The notes under the pieces were generated by a model that made no database searches, had not been told where the DNA came from, and saw only the letters and a list, made by a program, of their open reading frames with translations. This document shows positions 41,533 through 51,462 of a stretch of 64,000 bases of DNA, in pieces (position 1 is the first letter of the stretch; every line of letters starts with the position of its first letter). Origin of the DNA: Nitrospirales bacterium (GTDB taxonomy: Bacteria; Nitrospirota; Nitrospiria; Nitrospirales; UBA8639). A program made the position numbers and the translations under genes. The stretch lies in NCBI GenBank assembly GCA_965223295.1, contig CBDCWC010000003.1:672001-736000 (forward strand). The letters are read 5' to 3'.

Positions 41533-42204
41533 TTACGACAAACATCCGTTAGTGGCAAACCCGTTGGCAAACATTGATTGATGTCCACTTTTCTTATTCA
41601 CGCATTCGACGAGATGCCAAAATCGAAGAGGGTTCACCTTCTTTTTACTCGCGACGATGAGACTCGTTCCTTCCAAAACCGTATTAAGTGCTAAGTCAGT
41701 TCGAAATCCGATATGCTTACACATGGGAGAAATAAATTTCTCAACCGCAGCAATCACTTTATTTCCATTACTAAAGTGATTCAACATGATGATCCTGCCT
41801 CCTGGCTTGCACACCCGGATCATTTCATTCACCACTTTCCGATAATCTGGAACCGCAGTCACGACATAAGCCGCCATCACAATGTCAAAGGTATCATCAG
41901 GAAGCTGCATATTTCCCGCATCCATAGTTTGGAGCGTGACATGCGATAAATTGAATTCGTCTACCCTGCGATGGGCATGCTCCAACATGCCCTCAGAAAG
42001 ATCAATCCCCAAGACGTCGCAATGCGACGGATACAAGGGCAACGCTTCACCCGTGCCGACTCCCACTTCTAAAACTTGGCAACCTGGCTCAATTGGCAAT
42101 CCTCGTACAGCAGCCTCCCGTGATTGTTTAAAAGCTTTTCCAAACGTGTGATCGTAGACAGATGCATAGGCTGTATACACCCGTTCCACTTTCTTATTGT
42201 CCAT
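41533..42204 (-). CDS. SAM-dependent methyltransferase, PmtA (phospholipid N-methyltransferase)-like
   Basis: Y...YD..FG, VLEVGVGTG, RVCKPGG.I..LNHF. Confidence 0.8.
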   Translation of the reverse strand: MDNKKVERVYTAYASVYDHTFGKAFKQSREAAVRGLPIEPGCQVLEVGVGTGEALPLYPSHCDVLGIDLSEGMLEHAHRRVDEFNLSHVTLQTMDAGNMQLPDDTFDIVMAAYVVTAVPDYRKVVNEMIRVCKPGGRIIMLNHFSNGNKVIAAVEKFISPMCKHIGFRTDLALNTVLEGTSLIVASKKKVNPLRFWHLVECVNKKSGHQSMFANGFATNGCLS

Positions 42205-42308
42205 GCGTCCCCCCTAGTGGTGTCTTACTCATTCCACACCCCTTCGAAGACTTGTGAATTGATACCATGAAATTTGAAAATTCGCTGAAACAGGGGAAAT
42301 TGAACGAT

Positions 42309-42400
42309 GGCGGGAACCCAGATTTTTATGCCGGCCTGGGGACGGCCCACCGACTCACAACCTAACGGATGTTAATCTACCGAAGTCGAGTGAGCGAGTC
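42309..42400 (-). ncRNA. Candidate structured RNA (hairpin + H-type pseudoknot), family unknown
   Basis: GCCG/CGGC stem whose loop CCCAGG can pair with downstream TCTGGG after an AUAAAAA linker; flanking GGTGG/CCGCC pairing; upstream CTCAC/GTGAG hairpin. Confidence 0.35.
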
Positions 42401-42592
42401 AACTCTTATTCTTCACAACTCACTGATTGTAGAAACCTTTCTGCCAAATGACCGATCATTTGCGTATCATAAAATACATGGTTCTGTTCACAACGTGAGC
42501 ACTACCTGGGATTGCAATGCTTCAGGGGCTGCTCTACAATTCTGTCCCTCTATTTATTTTCATACGTGCCATAGCTCCGAAGGAGAACGGAC

Positions 42593-43255
42593 ATGAACAT
42601 TGGCTTTTTATGTTTACGATTCCCATGCATAGTATTTGTACTCGCCGCCCTGGGCACAATGACACAACCTTCAGTGTCATCAGCCATTGATTTGGACATC
42701 AGCATGGAACAGGCAAATGAATCCCTCGCTGCCGGCCGGCAAACTATGGAAGCTGCCAATTCCGTTGAAGATGTGGCTGCAGTCATGAAAGCTTCGGAAA
42801 AAGCCAGCCGTGTCGGAGCCGATCCTGAAGTCGATCCTTGCGGAACCCATGCCATTTTACGTACACGACGATATTGGCTGGAATATTTTGGTCGGCGTGA
42901 AGCTGCCGAATCTAAACGCCAAAAAAAGGATATCCGTATGCCTGAGGCTAAAATTCAAGAAATCCTGGATATGCCCTATCTGGAAGTGGAGGTCAGATTG
43001 TGCGGGGAAGAAGAATTTTTTGCCGAGGGAGCCGAAATTGCACTCCAACAAGGCAATCTCACTGCCCGACCAGTAGATATAGGCCCTGCAGAACGGGGTC
43101 GAAAAAATCCGGGGCCTGCCCCTAGCTTTCGCTCCCGCTTTACAGCGAGATTTGCCTATGCCGACTTTGACCCACAGGCACCAGGCACGTTGGCCGTTTT
43201 TTTTCCAGACGGAAAACTGATTAATATTCCGGCAGACTTCTCAAAAATCCAGTAA
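42593..43255 (+). CDS. Exported hypothetical protein
   Basis: AGGAG RBS, signal-peptide-like N-terminus, two Cys in the mature part. Confidence 0.75.
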   Translation: MNIGFLCLRFPCIVFVLAALGTMTQPSVSSAIDLDISMEQANESLAAGRQTMEAANSVEDVAAVMKASEKASRVGADPEVDPCGTHAILRTRRYWLEYFGRREAAESKRQKKDIRMPEAKIQEILDMPYLEVEVRLCGEEEFFAEGAEIALQQGNLTARPVDIGPAERGRKNPGPAPSFRSRFTARFAYADFDPQAPGTLAVFFPDGKLINIPADFSKIQ

Positions 43256-43376
43256 GAGTCTGTTGAAAAAAGCCGCCAGCGGCGTTCTCGCCATTGTTCC
43301 GTGCTCACGTAAGACCAGTACGCTCCGCACGCAAAAATGGCTGCGGCCTTGCTGGACGACATTTTTGAACAGACCC
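43256..43376 (+). mobile_element. MITE family B, short form (121 bp)
   Basis: G(A)GTCTGTTGAAAAA...TTTTTGAACAGACCC; GTAA duplicated on both flanks (includes the upstream stop codon). Confidence 0.9.
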
Positions 43377-43449
43377 GTAAAGGAGAAGTGAAAAGCAGAA
43401 GCACGAACAAAGTAGAACTTTCAACTCTTCCTATCTTACTTTTTCTTTT

Positions 43450-45189
43450 TCACTTCTCACTGATAATTCCTTCGACTTCACGCAGCGTATACAAATGATG
43501 GTACAGCCCACGTTGCTCTAAGAGTTCCTCATGCCGCCCTTCTTCAACAATTGTTCCTCGATGAAGCACAAGAATGCGATCCGCCCGTTGAATGGAAGAG
43601 AAACGATGCGCGATCATCAAAGTGGTCCGCCCTTTCATGAGCTCATCCAATGCACTCTGCACCAACGACTCTGATTGGCTATCCAATGCCGACGTCGCCT
43701 CATCAAGGATCAGAATTCTGGGATTTTTCAATAAGGCTCGTGCAATCGCAACTCGCTGCCGTTGTCCGCCTGATAGGTTTATACCCTTCTCCCCTAATAC
43801 AGTCTCGTACCCCGCCGGAAGGGTTTGAATAAACTCATGGGCATTGGCCCGCTCACTCGCTTCCCGCACCTCTTCTTCAGAAGCATCCCAACATCCGTAT
43901 CGAATATTTTCGTTAATAGTCCCGCCAAATAAATGCGTGTCTTGGGGAACAAGTGCTAATTGATGATACAAACTGTCTAATTCAATGGATTTAATATCAT
44001 GCCCATCAATAAAAACTTTTCCCATGGTCGGATCATAAAAACGGTGCAGCAGATTAATGATCGTCGTTTTTCCTGCGCCTGTGGGCCCAACCAACGCCAC
44101 ACATTCACCCGCTTCAATGGAAAACGAGACGCCCTCTAGTACAGGGCCCCGACCGTCATAGGCGAATTGTACGTCCTCGAACTGCACAGCACCCTGAATC
44201 GGATTCAATGCCTGAGCATCAGAAGCATCTTGTATATCCAATGGAGTATCCAGCAATTCAAATACACGCGTCATGGCACCTTGCACTTCTTTCACTTGCG
44301 TAAATATTCTGGCAGCTGACCCAAACGGACCAATAAGGATTCCCGCAAACAGCACAAAGGCAAACAATTCCCCAGGAGACAATTGCCCTTCAATGACTTG
44401 CTTCCCCCCATACCACAACACTCCAATGGCCATGGCAAAAGTAAAAAACGTAATGACCGGGACAAAGACAGCTAACACGCTAGTCCGCTGCATGGTGGTT
44501 GCTAAGAGGTTATCAACTGCTGAACGGAACCGTGATTCTTCTCTCTGCCCTTGCACAAATGACTTCACCTCCCGAATACCTGAGACCACTTCCTCGATAA
44601 GCGTCGTCACATGCGCGGTTTGATCTTGAATTTTCATTGACAATGATTTCAACCGTTTTCCAAACAGCCGGGCCACCAGCGCGAGCAACGGCAAGAGAAT
44701 CAGAATGAGCACGCACAAGCGCCAATTCATGACCAACAGAAATCCGACCCCTCCAATAATTGTCACCAGATGCTTCAGCGCATCTAAGGGAGTTTCGGTC
44801 AAGAGGTTTTGAATCACACCAACATCATTCATTAAACGGGAAATCAATTCCCCCGTTCGTCGTTTGGCAAAAAATTTCAGCGATAGCCGATGCAGATGCG
44901 AAAAGACATGCGTGCGAAAATCCGCCATCACCCGTTGGGAAGCCAGCGCGGTGAGATAGCTATGGCCCATGGACAACAGCCCCTGCCCCACGACTAACCC
45001 AATAAACACCCATACCATAGACGTTAACTGCTGAAGGTCTCGATGAACTGTGATCAAGTCCCATAAAAAACCTCCCAACTTAATCATTGCCAAATTGCAG
45101 GCAGCCACACCCATGACGGCTACGCCCGCGCAGACCATGATCATCATCTGAGGTCGAACAAAGGGCAAAAATCGAGACCACTGGTTCAT
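43450..45189 (-). CDS. MsbA-like ABC exporter (TMD+NBD)
   Basis: TM domain, GPTGAGKT, LSGGQRQR, LDEATSALD, AHR. Confidence 0.92.
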   Translation of the reverse strand: MNQWSRFLPFVRPQMMIMVCAGVAVMGVAACNLAMIKLGGFLWDLITVHRDLQQLTSMVWVFIGLVVGQGLLSMGHSYLTALASQRVMADFRTHVFSHLHRLSLKFFAKRRTGELISRLMNDVGVIQNLLTETPLDALKHLVTIIGGVGFLLVMNWRLCVLILILLPLLALVARLFGKRLKSLSMKIQDQTAHVTTLIEEVVSGIREVKSFVQGQREESRFRSAVDNLLATTMQRTSVLAVFVPVITFFTFAMAIGVLWYGGKQVIEGQLSPGELFAFVLFAGILIGPFGSAARIFTQVKEVQGAMTRVFELLDTPLDIQDASDAQALNPIQGAVQFEDVQFAYDGRGPVLEGVSFSIEAGECVALVGPTGAGKTTIINLLHRFYDPTMGKVFIDGHDIKSIELDSLYHQLALVPQDTHLFGGTINENIRYGCWDASEEEVREASERANAHEFIQTLPAGYETVLGEKGINLSGGQRQRVAIARALLKNPRILILDEATSALDSQSESLVQSALDELMKGRTTLMIAHRFSSIQRADRILVLHRGTIVEEGRHEELLEQRGLYHHLYTLREVEGIISEK

Positions 45190-45290
45190 AGAAATCCCAT
45201 AGTGCAACAATGCCGTTAGAGAGGGGAAAAAGAATAGTTACACACAAACAAATGAAGAACTAAAAGCAGACAGGAACGAAGGATTGGGAG

Positions 45291-45512
45291 TCAATCGAGT
45301 TGAATAACTGATTCGATTTGCAATTTATTGATTGCGACAAACTCCGAATGGTGGGTGTCATCGATAAGGACATCGGTCAGATTAAGAAATCTGACCGATT
45401 CATCATTCAGTACATCCGAAATTCGATTCCGCATCGGGGGAATTAAGAGCTCACCAACATAGGTTGAAAGTGAGGAACGCACCTTTATGCGAACTTTCTT
45501 CCCTTGGGACAT
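45291..45512 (-). CDS. Small conserved-looking protein (DUF6812-like)
   Basis: G.L.....RISD.LN....F..LTD.......F.A.NK..I pattern recalled for this family. Confidence 0.6.
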   Translation of the reverse strand: MSQGKKVRIKVRSSLSTYVGELLIPPMRNRISDVLNDESVRFLNLTDVLIDDTHHSEFVAINKLQIESVIQLD

Positions 45513-45546
45513 AGCAATATTCTTATCCCTGCCGACCTATAGAAGA

Positions 45547-45642
45547 TTAATTGCGCCGCTTCGCGAACTTCATGCGGCGGCGAAGTTTTTTATGTTTATG
45601 CTTGCGCATCTTCTTCCTCCGCTTTTTGACCACACTGGACAT
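45547..45642 (-). CDS. 30S ribosomal protein bS22 / AURKAIP1-COX24-type basic peptide (31 aa)
   Basis: MSSVVKKRRKKMRKHKHKKLRRRMKFAKRRN; below the ORF-track cutoff. Confidence 0.92.
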   Translation of the reverse strand: MSSVVKKRRKKMRKHKHKKLRRRMKFAKRRN

Positions 45643-45871
45643 AAGTAATAGATTCCTGGGTTAAAATAATGGTAGATGGCAAGGCAATAGGAACGTATTC
45701 AACTTTTGAATGCTTAGGGAAAAGGCCAATGAAACAGCTGGGTACCTATCATAGGGTAAAGAAATGTGTCAAGAAAACTCATGTATCATAGCTGGTCACA
45801 GACCCGAGAGTCATCTTCTCTTTAGAAATTTCCTTGACCCCTCCGGCACACCTTCTTCATGATAGGGCCTC

Positions 45872-46369
45872 ATGGGAAAGGAATCCGCTGTCATCACACG
45901 CTTTTGGGTCTGGGCAATCATGGCTACATTCGGAATGGTGTGTCTTGCAGGAACTGGATGTTCCAAAAAAGAGCCAAAATATCCAGAAGATCATGCCCGG
46001 TTTCAACGAGTGGTCCAGGCCATCAAATCACTTGAAACCGCTTATGTCAACAAAGATCAAACCGCATTCCACGAGCTTCTCTTGCCTCTTGAGCAGCTGG
46101 ACAACTTGGAAACCGAGGCAACGAGAGATTTTGCGGCCTTTGACACCATTCAGCTTGACGTGACGGTGGACCGCATTCTCATCGATGGAGATCGAATTTC
46201 GGCCTTCATATCCTGGCAAGGCCAATGGCAACGTACTGCGCAAGAATCAAACGACCAAGCCAGAGGCCATGGAGTGCTGCTGTGGAGCGGAGCTCAAGTC
46301 ATATTACTTCGCGGAATAGAAGGTGACCTGCCATTTGGCATGGCATCCCGCCTCAACATCGCCTCCTGA
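45872..46369 (+). CDS. Putative lipoprotein
   Basis: Hydrophobic leader ending LAGTGC. Confidence 0.75.
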   Translation: MGKESAVITRFWVWAIMATFGMVCLAGTGCSKKEPKYPEDHARFQRVVQAIKSLETAYVNKDQTAFHELLLPLEQLDNLETEATRDFAAFDTIQLDVTVDRILIDGDRISAFISWQGQWQRTAQESNDQARGHGVLLWSGAQVILLRGIEGDLPFGMASRLNIAS

Positions 46370-46408
46370 TTTCCGCAAACCCCACTCTCATATCTCAACA
46401 TTCTTACG

Positions 46409-48058
46409 ATGGCTTCTTCCACTGCTAAAGTTCCAGGACATTCTCAAGTCCTTTCTACTGATTTCCTCATCATTGGCGCTGGGGTAGCTGGCCTGCGTGC
46501 AGCCTTGGAATTATGTCGACACGGAGAGGTTACCATGGTGGCGAAAGGCGGACCTCAAGATAACAACTCCTTCTATGCCCAAGGAGGCGTAGCGGTAGCC
46601 CTTAGTGAAGAGGATGACGTTGATCTCCACTTCACCGATACCCTCAAAGCCGGGCATCAACTATGTTCACGCCCGGCCACAAAAGTTTTGGTTGAGGAAG
46701 GTCCCGACCGGATCCAAGAACTCATTGACTGGGGCGCGAAATTCGACACGATTGATGGAAAATTGGCATTCACAAAAGAAGGCGCTCATAGCCGTCATCG
46801 CGTCTTGCGGGCAGGGGGGGATGCCACCGGAAGTGAGATGGTTCGGGCCTTGGGTGTGAAAGCTCAAGCCCTCAAGAATCTTAAATGGCTGGGCAACCAT
46901 TTTGGTGTCGAATTGATTATTCAGGACGGTCGTTGCTGCGGGGCTTTCGTACTAGATGAACTGAAGGGTATTCAGAAAACGATTCTGGCCTCAGCCGTCC
47001 TGCTGGTCACCGGCGGAGCAGGACAAGTCTACGCTCGGACCACCAATCCACCCAATGCCACCGGCGATGGCATTGCCATGGCCTACAGAGCCGGAGCAAT
47101 TTTAGAAGACATGGAGTTCGTTCAATTTCATCCGACTTCCTTATATTTGCCCTCAAGCCCCCCGTTTCTCCTGTCAGAAGCCCTCCGCGGTGAAGGAGCC
47201 ATTCTTCGAAATAACCGAACTGAACGGTTTATGACACACTATGATCGCAATCTAGAACTGGCCCCGCGAGATATCGTCTCGCGCGCCATTTGGACGGAAA
47301 TGCAACGCACCAAAGCCCGGCACGTCTATTTAGACGCCACACATCTCAAAGCATCCTTCTTAAAAGAGCGATTCCCTACCATCTATTCTACTTGCCTACG
47401 ATACGATATCGACATCACTGAAGAATGGATACCCGTGTCCCCCAGCGCCCATTATTTTATGGGTGGCGTCAAAACCGACCTTCATGGCGCCTCAAACATC
47501 CTCGGCCTCTATATCGCCGGCGAAGCCGCCTGTTCAGGTGTCCACGGCGCCAACCGCTTAGGCAGTAACTCTTTGTTAGAAGGATTGGTTTTCGGCTTGC
47601 GCGCCGCACGAGCAGCCTATCGTTATTCAGCAACCTGTTCGCCCCCGAATGTTGTTTCAGCATCTACCCGTAGAAGAACATCGAAGAAGAAGCTGACCGA
47701 ACAGGACATTGAAAAACTGAGAAATTCTCTACGGCGTTTGATGTGGACGAAAGTTGGGTTAATCAGAACGGAAGAATCGTTACACAAAGCCCTTGAACAA
47801 CTTCTACAATGGTCTCACAAACTGCGAGTGCCCCCGTTTAATCGAGCAGGCCTTGAAGCGCAGAACATGATTCAGGTGGGGCAATGTATTACCGAAGCCG
47901 CCCTGTGGCGTTCCAACAGCGTAGGCGCCCACTATCGGGAGGACATTCCACTGTTTAAAGGCTTGAATTGGAAAGTCCATAGCCAGAATCACATACCGGC
48001 CCCCACTCCATCGGGATCCTTTCCTTCGAGGAAAACCAAAAAGGTACGGCATCGCTGA
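46409..48058 (+). CDS. nadB: L-aspartate oxidase
   Basis: GAGVAGL, NS.YAQGG, EG.HS..R, QFHPT, SEALRGEG, HY.MGG, HGANRL.SNSLLE. Confidence 0.95.
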   Translation: MASSTAKVPGHSQVLSTDFLIIGAGVAGLRAALELCRHGEVTMVAKGGPQDNNSFYAQGGVAVALSEEDDVDLHFTDTLKAGHQLCSRPATKVLVEEGPDRIQELIDWGAKFDTIDGKLAFTKEGAHSRHRVLRAGGDATGSEMVRALGVKAQALKNLKWLGNHFGVELIIQDGRCCGAFVLDELKGIQKTILASAVLLVTGGAGQVYARTTNPPNATGDGIAMAYRAGAILEDMEFVQFHPTSLYLPSSPPFLLSEALRGEGAILRNNRTERFMTHYDRNLELAPRDIVSRAIWTEMQRTKARHVYLDATHLKASFLKERFPTIYSTCLRYDIDITEEWIPVSPSAHYFMGGVKTDLHGASNILGLYIAGEAACSGVHGANRLGSNSLLEGLVFGLRAARAAYRYSATCSPPNVVSASTRRRTSKKKLTEQDIEKLRNSLRRLMWTKVGLIRTEESLHKALEQLLQWSHKLRVPPFNRAGLEAQNMIQVGQCITEAALWRSNSVGAHYREDIPLFKGLNWKVHSQNHIPAPTPSGSFPSRKTKKVRHR

Positions 48059-48064
48059 GAGCGA

Positions 48065-48949
48065 TCATCTCGCGGGCATCGTTAAACAGGGGCCTAAAAA
48101 TCGATTGAGATTCTGCTGAAAAACGTTGTACAGCTCTTTGGTGATGAAGCCTTGTTTCCCATGGCTTATTGGATGACTTCCAATTCTTGAGACAGCCATA
48201 ATTTCACTGCCCGTATTTGTGATAAAGCATTCATCGGCCTGTTGCAGTTCCTCTATCATGTATTTGCCTTCTTCCACTTTGACACCCTGCTTCCTTGCTA
48301 ACTCCATGACGACGTCTCGCGTTACACCCTTCAAAATGCCACATTTAACAGCCGGGGTATACAATCGTTGGGCCCTTACAAAGAAGATATTACTCGTCGT
48401 ACATTCCGCAACATAACCATCCAGATTTAACATCAAGGCATCATCCGCCCCCCCCTGATTCGCCTCCCGTTTCGCCAAAATATTATTCAGAAAACTGGTT
48501 GCTTTAATTTGAGGAGGCTGCGCTTTCTGAGAGTTTCGGCATACAGACGACACGTGCAAAGTCAAACCCTGGTCCCGCCGCTGCTCGGAGTACGTCTGAA
48601 CAGATTTCGCCATCACGACAAGAGTGGGGTGGGCACACAACTTCGGGTCAATCCCAAGTTCCCCTTGACCGCGAGAGACCGTCACCCGGAAACCCGCATT
48701 TTGCAGGTGATTGCGATCCAACAGTTCACGAAAAATTGGCAACCATTCGTCATCGTGTATGGGGAGATTCAGTCCAATAAGTTCACAAGATTGGTGAAGC
48801 CGTTCGAGATGACGTTCCCAAAGAAATAACTTGCCCTGATACACCCGCAATGTCTCATAGACACCGTCCCCATATAAAAAACCATGGTCTAACACAGAAA
48901 TCTTGGCATCCCGTTCTTGGATAACATCACCATTTAGATAAACCCACAT
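48065..48949 (-). CDS. Class IV PLP aminotransferase (PabC/IlvE-like)
   Basis: DHGFLYGDGVYET, HL.RL, E...SNIF, L.GVTR; follows the pabB-like gene. Confidence 0.88.
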   Translation of the reverse strand: MWVYLNGDVIQERDAKISVLDHGFLYGDGVYETLRVYQGKLFLWERHLERLHQSCELIGLNLPIHDDEWLPIFRELLDRNHLQNAGFRVTVSRGQGELGIDPKLCAHPTLVVMAKSVQTYSEQRRDQGLTLHVSSVCRNSQKAQPPQIKATSFLNNILAKREANQGGADDALMLNLDGYVAECTTSNIFFVRAQRLYTPAVKCGILKGVTRDVVMELARKQGVKVEEGKYMIEELQQADECFITNTGSEIMAVSRIGSHPISHGKQGFITKELYNVFQQNLNRFLGPCLTMPAR

Positions 48950-48957
48950 ATCTTGAC

Positions 48958-50448
48958 CTAGATTTCTCCCTCCGATTGAAGGACTTGAAAAAAGGCTTGG
49001 GCTTTATGCAATGTTTCCTCATACTCCCGAATGGGATCGGAATCTTCGACAATGCCCGCCCCAACTTGAAGATACCCATGCTCCTGTGTCAGTAGTAAGG
49101 TGCGAATCACAATATTGAGATCAAGATTTCCATTCCATCCGATGAATCCGATGGACCCTGTATACAATCCTCGCCGTACCGGCTCTAAACGTTCGATGAG
49201 TTCCATGCAATGAACTTTCGGTACACCCGTAATCGTCCCTCCCGGAAACACCGCCCGAATGACATCAAAAGCATTGCGATCTTCCCTCAACTGCCCAAGC
49301 ACGTGCGAGACTAAATGCATGACATGTGAGTAGCGTTCGACTGTCATAAACTCATCGACTCGAATAGACCCATACCGACAGACCCGGCCCAAATCATTAC
49401 GCGCCAAGTCTACGAGCATGAGATGTTCTGCCCGTTCTTTGGAGCTTGAAAGCAACTCTTCCACTAAGCGTCGATCCTGAGCCATTCCCTCGCCACGCGG
49501 CCGGGTCCCTGCAATGGGACGCATATCAGCATAACCACCTTCCAGCCGGACCAAACGTTCCGGCGAATTGCAGACAATGACATCCGATTCAAGGACAAGG
49601 AATGCTGAATGAGGAGAAGGATTGACCCGTCGCAATTGATGATATAGAGCGGCTCCAGCCTGAGCCGGCGATGGAAAATTCCGATGCATACCTTCAACCT
49701 GAAATCGTTGAGAAACATTGGCTTGATAGATGTCTCCTGCAGCGATGAATTCTTGGCATTCCTTCACCCGGCGCTGATATTCCGATGCCACTTGCCCTTG
49801 ATGAATGTCGAGAGAAAATTGACCAGGCTTGATTTCTGCAACAGAATGATCCATGGACCGCAACTTGATCTCAAGATCAGACAATCGTGCGTCCCCTTCC
49901 CGTGCCAATTGCTCGCAATCTTCACTGGCCACCCGTTCTGGAGAAGGCGAATACACAAGCCAGACCGTTCCGTCATGATGATCAACCACCACAAACGTTT
50001 CCACAAAGAAAAAATACAGATCCGGAAACTGAAGATCATCGACAGTATATTCGGGAAGTGCTTCAAACGTTCTGGCTAAATCATAACTCAAATATCCAAT
50101 TGCCCCCCCGATGAACGGCAAAAAAGACGGGGCAACTGACACAATCGGCTCGGTAAAAGTTCGTTCCAACAACGCAAACGGTTCCCCTTTATGTTCTTCC
50201 CACCTCCCTGCTACATAGGATTGCACCGAACGTCTCTTGCCTCGCATAACACGGTCAGGTTCACCGCCTAGATAGGAGTAACGTCGAGAAACACCTTGTT
50301 GAAACCAATTATGTTCGAGAAAAAACGAGTGGGGAGCATAGTTGGTAACTGCAATATACAACTCGAAAGGATCGTGAAAATCTATGGAACATTGCCGCAC
50401 GAGAGGAAAGATACTGGGACTGTTAGGTATTTCACTTCGATAGCCCAT
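48958..50448 (-). CDS. Chorismate-utilising component I (PabB/TrpE family); 5' end interrupted by a MITE
   Basis: GDIYQ.N, NPSP, SPERL, PIAGTRPRG, EH.MLVDL.RND, FPGGTITG.PK, GAGIV.DS. Confidence 0.9.
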   Translation of the reverse strand: MGYRSEIPNSPSIFPLVRQCSIDFHDPFELYIAVTNYAPHSFFLEHNWFQQGVSRRYSYLGGEPDRVMRGKRRSVQSYVAGRWEEHKGEPFALLERTFTEPIVSVAPSFLPFIGGAIGYLSYDLARTFEALPEYTVDDLQFPDLYFFFVETFVVVDHHDGTVWLVYSPSPERVASEDCEQLAREGDARLSDLEIKLRSMDHSVAEIKPGQFSLDIHQGQVASEYQRRVKECQEFIAAGDIYQANVSQRFQVEGMHRNFPSPAQAGAALYHQLRRVNPSPHSAFLVLESDVIVCNSPERLVRLEGGYADMRPIAGTRPRGEGMAQDRRLVEELLSSSKERAEHLMLVDLARNDLGRVCRYGSIRVDEFMTVERYSHVMHLVSHVLGQLREDRNAFDVIRAVFPGGTITGVPKVHCMELIERLEPVRRGLYTGSIGFIGWNGNLDLNIVIRTLLLTQEHGYLQVGAGIVEDSDPIREYEETLHKAQAFFQVLQSEGEI

Positions 50449-50606
50449 AGAGCCTCGTATTGAGATCAAACTCATGAAACAGGGGGGAAAGTTCAAAAAA
50501 GTTCGTCCAGCAAGGCCCCAGCCATTTTGATGCGCGGAACGTACTGCTAATACGTGAGCACAGCAAAATGGCGAGAACGCCGCTGGCGGATTTTTTCAAC
50601 ATTCCC
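50416..50606 (-). mobile_element. MITE family B, long form (191 bp), intragenic
   Basis: Family core at 50485-50606, outer end GGGACTGTT at 50416, ATACT duplicated at 50411-50415 and 50607-50611. Confidence 0.85.
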
Positions 50607-50638
50607 ATACTTGAAGAAAGAGGGGTTGGATCTGTCAT
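50607..50638 (-). other. Orphaned original 5' end of the pabB-like gene (MTDPTPLSSS-I)
   Basis: Removing the MITE and one TSD joins ATG 50638 in frame to IFPLVRQC. Confidence 0.7.
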
Positions 50639-50672
50639 CCCCGGCCGATGAGTGGGAAGAAAGGTCAAGAAA

Positions 50673-51311
50673 CTAAGGATTTTCCTGTGGGTCAGCAGGA
50701 GGAGGGGCCGTCGTTCTCATAGCATTCGCGGCTTCTTCCGGCGCTAGGATCCCTTTTTGGACAAGAGATTCTAACAGACCTTTCACAGCTTCTTCCGGCG
50801 AACGACGGAGTCCACGAACCCGAATACTGGGGGGGAAAAAACGCAGATAATCAGGATTATTGACACGAATGGTGACCGCTTCACTTTCACTGAACGGACC
50901 AAGATCTTGATCAGTATGAGGAATTCGGAAAAACGGTTTCCCATTCGCCAACAGGCCATCAGGGCCGATAATCTCTAGCCGGTCTGAAATATCCTCACCG
51001 GAGATTTCTTTCACGGTATCCACCACCAAAATCAAGGAGTCAGCAACAAGCGGATCACCTGTTTGATTTTTGACCCTCACAATAAATTCCACTTCACTCA
51101 CAGAGGTTAAGCCGGTTCCAGACAGGGCATCAGGATCTTTATATTGAACAACGGGAACCACCCCCTCCGTGACATCGGGGAGTTCATCAACCGAAGGATT
51201 CGCCAAAGCCAGGCTTCCAGTCGCAAAAAGAGTCGACATGACAGCACCCAGCAGTTTTACGTTGAACATCATCCCACGATTAGAGAGAAAGTGAAAAAAG
51301 AGCACTCTCAT
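50673..51311 (-). CDS. Exported hypothetical protein
   Basis: Signal-peptide-like segment ending SLALA; true start may be about 51272. Confidence 0.72.
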   Translation of the reverse strand: MRVLFFHFLSNRGMMFNVKLLGAVMSTLFATGSLALANPSVDELPDVTEGVVPVVQYKDPDALSGTGLTSVSEVEFIVRVKNQTGDPLVADSLILVVDTVKEISGEDISDRLEIIGPDGLLANGKPFFRIPHTDQDLGPFSESEAVTIRVNNPDYLRFFPPSIRVRGLRRSPEEAVKGLLESLVQKGILAPEEAANAMRTTAPPPADPQENP

Positions 51312-51462
51312 AACTTGAAAAATCTTCGATTGACTAAAGAGACGAAAACGATAACATATTGTATCATATTTAATGAACGGTAGGCCGCTTTTGGCTTGAC
51401 AAGATTTCCGATATTTGGTTGAATGAGAGCCCTTCCAACAACTCGTCTTGCCGGTCTACAAC

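Noticed and set aside
42309-42400. tmRNA, SRP RNA or a known riboswitch
   Set aside because: The pseudoknot resembles tmRNA pk1 in shape, but there is no tRNA-like domain or tag frame, no SRP GGAA loop, and no SAM/SAH/ZTP/c-di-GMP consensus
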